In this document: positions 62,084 to 63,413 of the stretch, in pieces | Layout of the letters: the number at the start of each line of letters is the position of its first letter | Position numbering within the stretch: position 1 is the first letter of the stretch | DNA from: Planctomycetaceae bacterium | GTDB taxonomy: Bacteria > Planctomycetota > Planctomycetia > Pirellulales > UBA1268 | Assembly (NCBI GenBank): GCA_005791575.1 | Contig: SXWA01000142.1 | Span: forward strand, 1 to 63,413 | Length of the DNA: 63,413 bases | Direction: 5' to 3' | Notes under the pieces: model-generated | What the model saw: only the letters and a program-made list of their open reading frames with translations | What the model was told of the DNA's origin: nothing | Database searches by the model: none | Made by a program: the position numbers and the translations under genes

Positions 62084-63054
62084 TGCAGCCGCGCTCGCGG
62101 ACCGGCGCCGGCGGCATCGGCCGCACGCGCGGCGTCGAGGAGCCGCTCCACGGTCTCGGCATCAGCCCCCTCGGGCAGCATCACCTGGACCACCGCGATC
62201 AGGTCGCCACGCGAGCCGTTGGCATGCCGCACCCCCATGCCCGCCGCCCGGAGACGGCGGCCCGAGCTCGTCAGCGGCGGCACCCGCAGGCTGATCGTGC
62301 CCCAGGGGGTGGGGAGATCGACCTTCGCGCCGGCGAGCGCCTCCGACAGCGACACGGGGAGCGGCACCTCGAGGGTGTCGCCATCACGTCGGTAGAGCTG
62401 ATGCGGCTCGACATGCACCTCGAGCATCAGGTCACCCGCGGGTCCGCCACCGGTGCCGGGCATTCCCTGCCCACGGAGCCGCATCCGCGCCCCGTCGGGG
62501 AGCCCCTGGGGAATCGTCACGCTGATCGTCTCGACGGCACCGTCGCGATCGACGCGGAGGTCAGTCTTCCCCCCTTCGATCGCCAGCCGGAAGGGGATCA
62601 TGAGCGATGTCTTCAGGTCTTCGCCGGGAGGCTGTGCAGCGCGGCGCTTCCCCCGGCCTTTGCCGCCGCCAGAGCCCGCCGTCGGGCGGCCACCGCCGCC
62701 GAACAGGTCGGCGAAGCCACCGCCGCCGAACAGGCTCTCGATGTCGATTTCGTCGCCGTTGAAACCGCCGCCCGCGCCACCGGGAAATCCCCCACCGAAC
62801 GGCCCCCGTCCCGGGCCCCCGCCGGTACCGACTCCCTCGAACGCGCTCCCATAGCGGTCGTACATCTCCCGCTTGCTCTGGTCATTGAGCACGTCGAACG
62901 CGGTCTGGACGCGTTTGAATTTCTCCTTGGCGGCGTCGTCGTCGGGGTGCAGATCGGGGTGGTACTTCCGCGCCAAGTCACGGTAGGCCTTGCGGATGTC
63001 CTCCGCCGACGCCGTTCGCGGCACACCGAGTGTCTGGTAGTGGTCGTCCGCCAT
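62077..63054 (-). CDS. cbpA: DnaJ-class co-chaperone without zinc-finger domain (CbpA-like)
   Basis: J domain DHYQTLGVPRTASAEDIRKAYRDLARKYHPD, a Gly/Phe-rich linker, C-terminal substrate-binding repeats, no CxxCxGxG motifs. ATG at 63054 (the ORF opens at GTG 63057). Confidence 0.85.
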   Translation of the reverse strand: MADDHYQTLGVPRTASAEDIRKAYRDLARKYHPDLHPDDDAAKEKFKRVQTAFDVLNDQSKREMYDRYGSAFEGVGTGGGPGRGPFGGGFPGGAGGGFNGDEIDIESLFGGGGFADLFGGGGRPTAGSGGGKGRGKRRAAQPPGEDLKTSLMIPFRLAIEGGKTDLRVDRDGAVETISVTIPQGLPDGARMRLRGQGMPGTGGGPAGDLMLEVHVEPHQLYRRDGDTLEVPLPVSLSEALAGAKVDLPTPWGTISLRVPPLTSSGRRLRAAGMGVRHANGSRGDLIAVVQVMLPEGADAETVERLLDAARAADAAGAGPRARLQW

Positions 63055-63171
63055 CACGAACCGCCTGGGGGGTCACGCGGAGAATCATTCCACGCGAAAA
63101 ACCTGCCAAAACGCCTGAAAACCAGTGTAGGAGCAAGCGTTGACCGCCGGCAAGCGTCGATCGGTAGAACC

Positions 63172-63295
63172 GGCTGCTGACAGGCTGTGGACAGACAGCC
63201 AGCTGCACCTCAGGGATGAGGTGCCGGGAGCGCAGCTCCCGTGAAAAGCGCAGCTTTTCGGATGGCCAAAGGCTATGGATGGACTTTGGCCACGG
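63172..63295. repeat. five-hairpin interspersed repeat, copy G (forward)
   Basis: First unit of a head-to-tail dimer upstream of the cbpA-like gene. Confidence 0.9.
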
Positions 63296-63413
63296 GCTGT
63301 CAGCAGGCTGTGGCCACACAGCCTGCTGCACCTCAGGGATGAGGTGCCGGGAGCGCAGCTCCCGTGAAAAGCGCAGCTTTTCGGAGGGCCAAAGGCCATG
63401 GATGGACTTTGGC
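63296..63413. repeat. five-hairpin interspersed repeat, copy H (forward, cut by window end)
   Basis: Second unit of the dimer. Near-perfect hairpins H1-H5. Confidence 0.9.

Overview
This is a high-GC chromosomal segment, very likely Planctomycetota. The clues are a DUF1559 prepilin-like H-X9-DG protein plus a collapsed copy, DUF1571, a PEP-CTERM protein, FG-GAP/VCBS repeats and many 4-nt ATGA gene overlaps. About 45 genes are called; most other ORFs in the track are Arg/Pro/Gly-rich shadow frames typical of high GC. Layout by region:
- 0-4.7 kb: housekeeping genes (MBL hydrolase, plsC-cdsA) and a secreted HExxH protein.
- 4.8-14.3 kb: a minus-strand operon of two giant envelope proteins of unknown family, 1192 aa and 1957 aa, translationally coupled. 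The second looks like two fused modules. A 15-bp tandem array sits upstream.
- 14.5-21.3 kb: suhB-like gene, a hypothetical gene, a catalytically degenerate SbcD/Mre11-like protein and a membrane-spanning YhaN/SbcC-like ATPase.
- 21.3-29.1 kb: AI-2E transporter, a GT2/GT-C fusion glycosyltransferase, RluA, an orphan NarL-type regulator, and DUF1559 plus a lipoprotein.
- 29.4-45.7 kb: a large peptidoglycan/muropeptide salvage supercluster. It holds YkfC-like NlpC/P60, a tri-domain DD-carboxypeptidase, a dipeptide epimerase with DUF1611, an L,D-transpeptidase-fold protein, two transporters, a MurQ-kinase fusion and two NamZ/DUF1343 paralogs, one fused to an AmiE-like beta-lactamase fold.
- 45.7-50 kb: FG-GAP protein, DUF1559 relic and a PEP-CTERM protein.
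- 50.1-55.3 kb: a roughly 5-kb islet downstream of tRNA-Lys(CUU), bounded by direct repeats that include the tRNA 3' end. It carries a sirtuin, an intact IS3-family element, a HigB toxin relic and a TlpA-like thioredoxin protein.
- 55.4-63.4 kb: fabI, a NUDIX gene, a membrane-anchored PspA-like gene followed by two SPFH genes, and yidD-rnpA-cbpA.

The most unusual signal is an interspersed repeat of about 125 bp made of five consecutive hairpins. At least 8 copies lie in this window, all essentially intergenic, and their stems are maintained by compensatory substitutions. All family names come from motif recognition by eye; no database search was possible.
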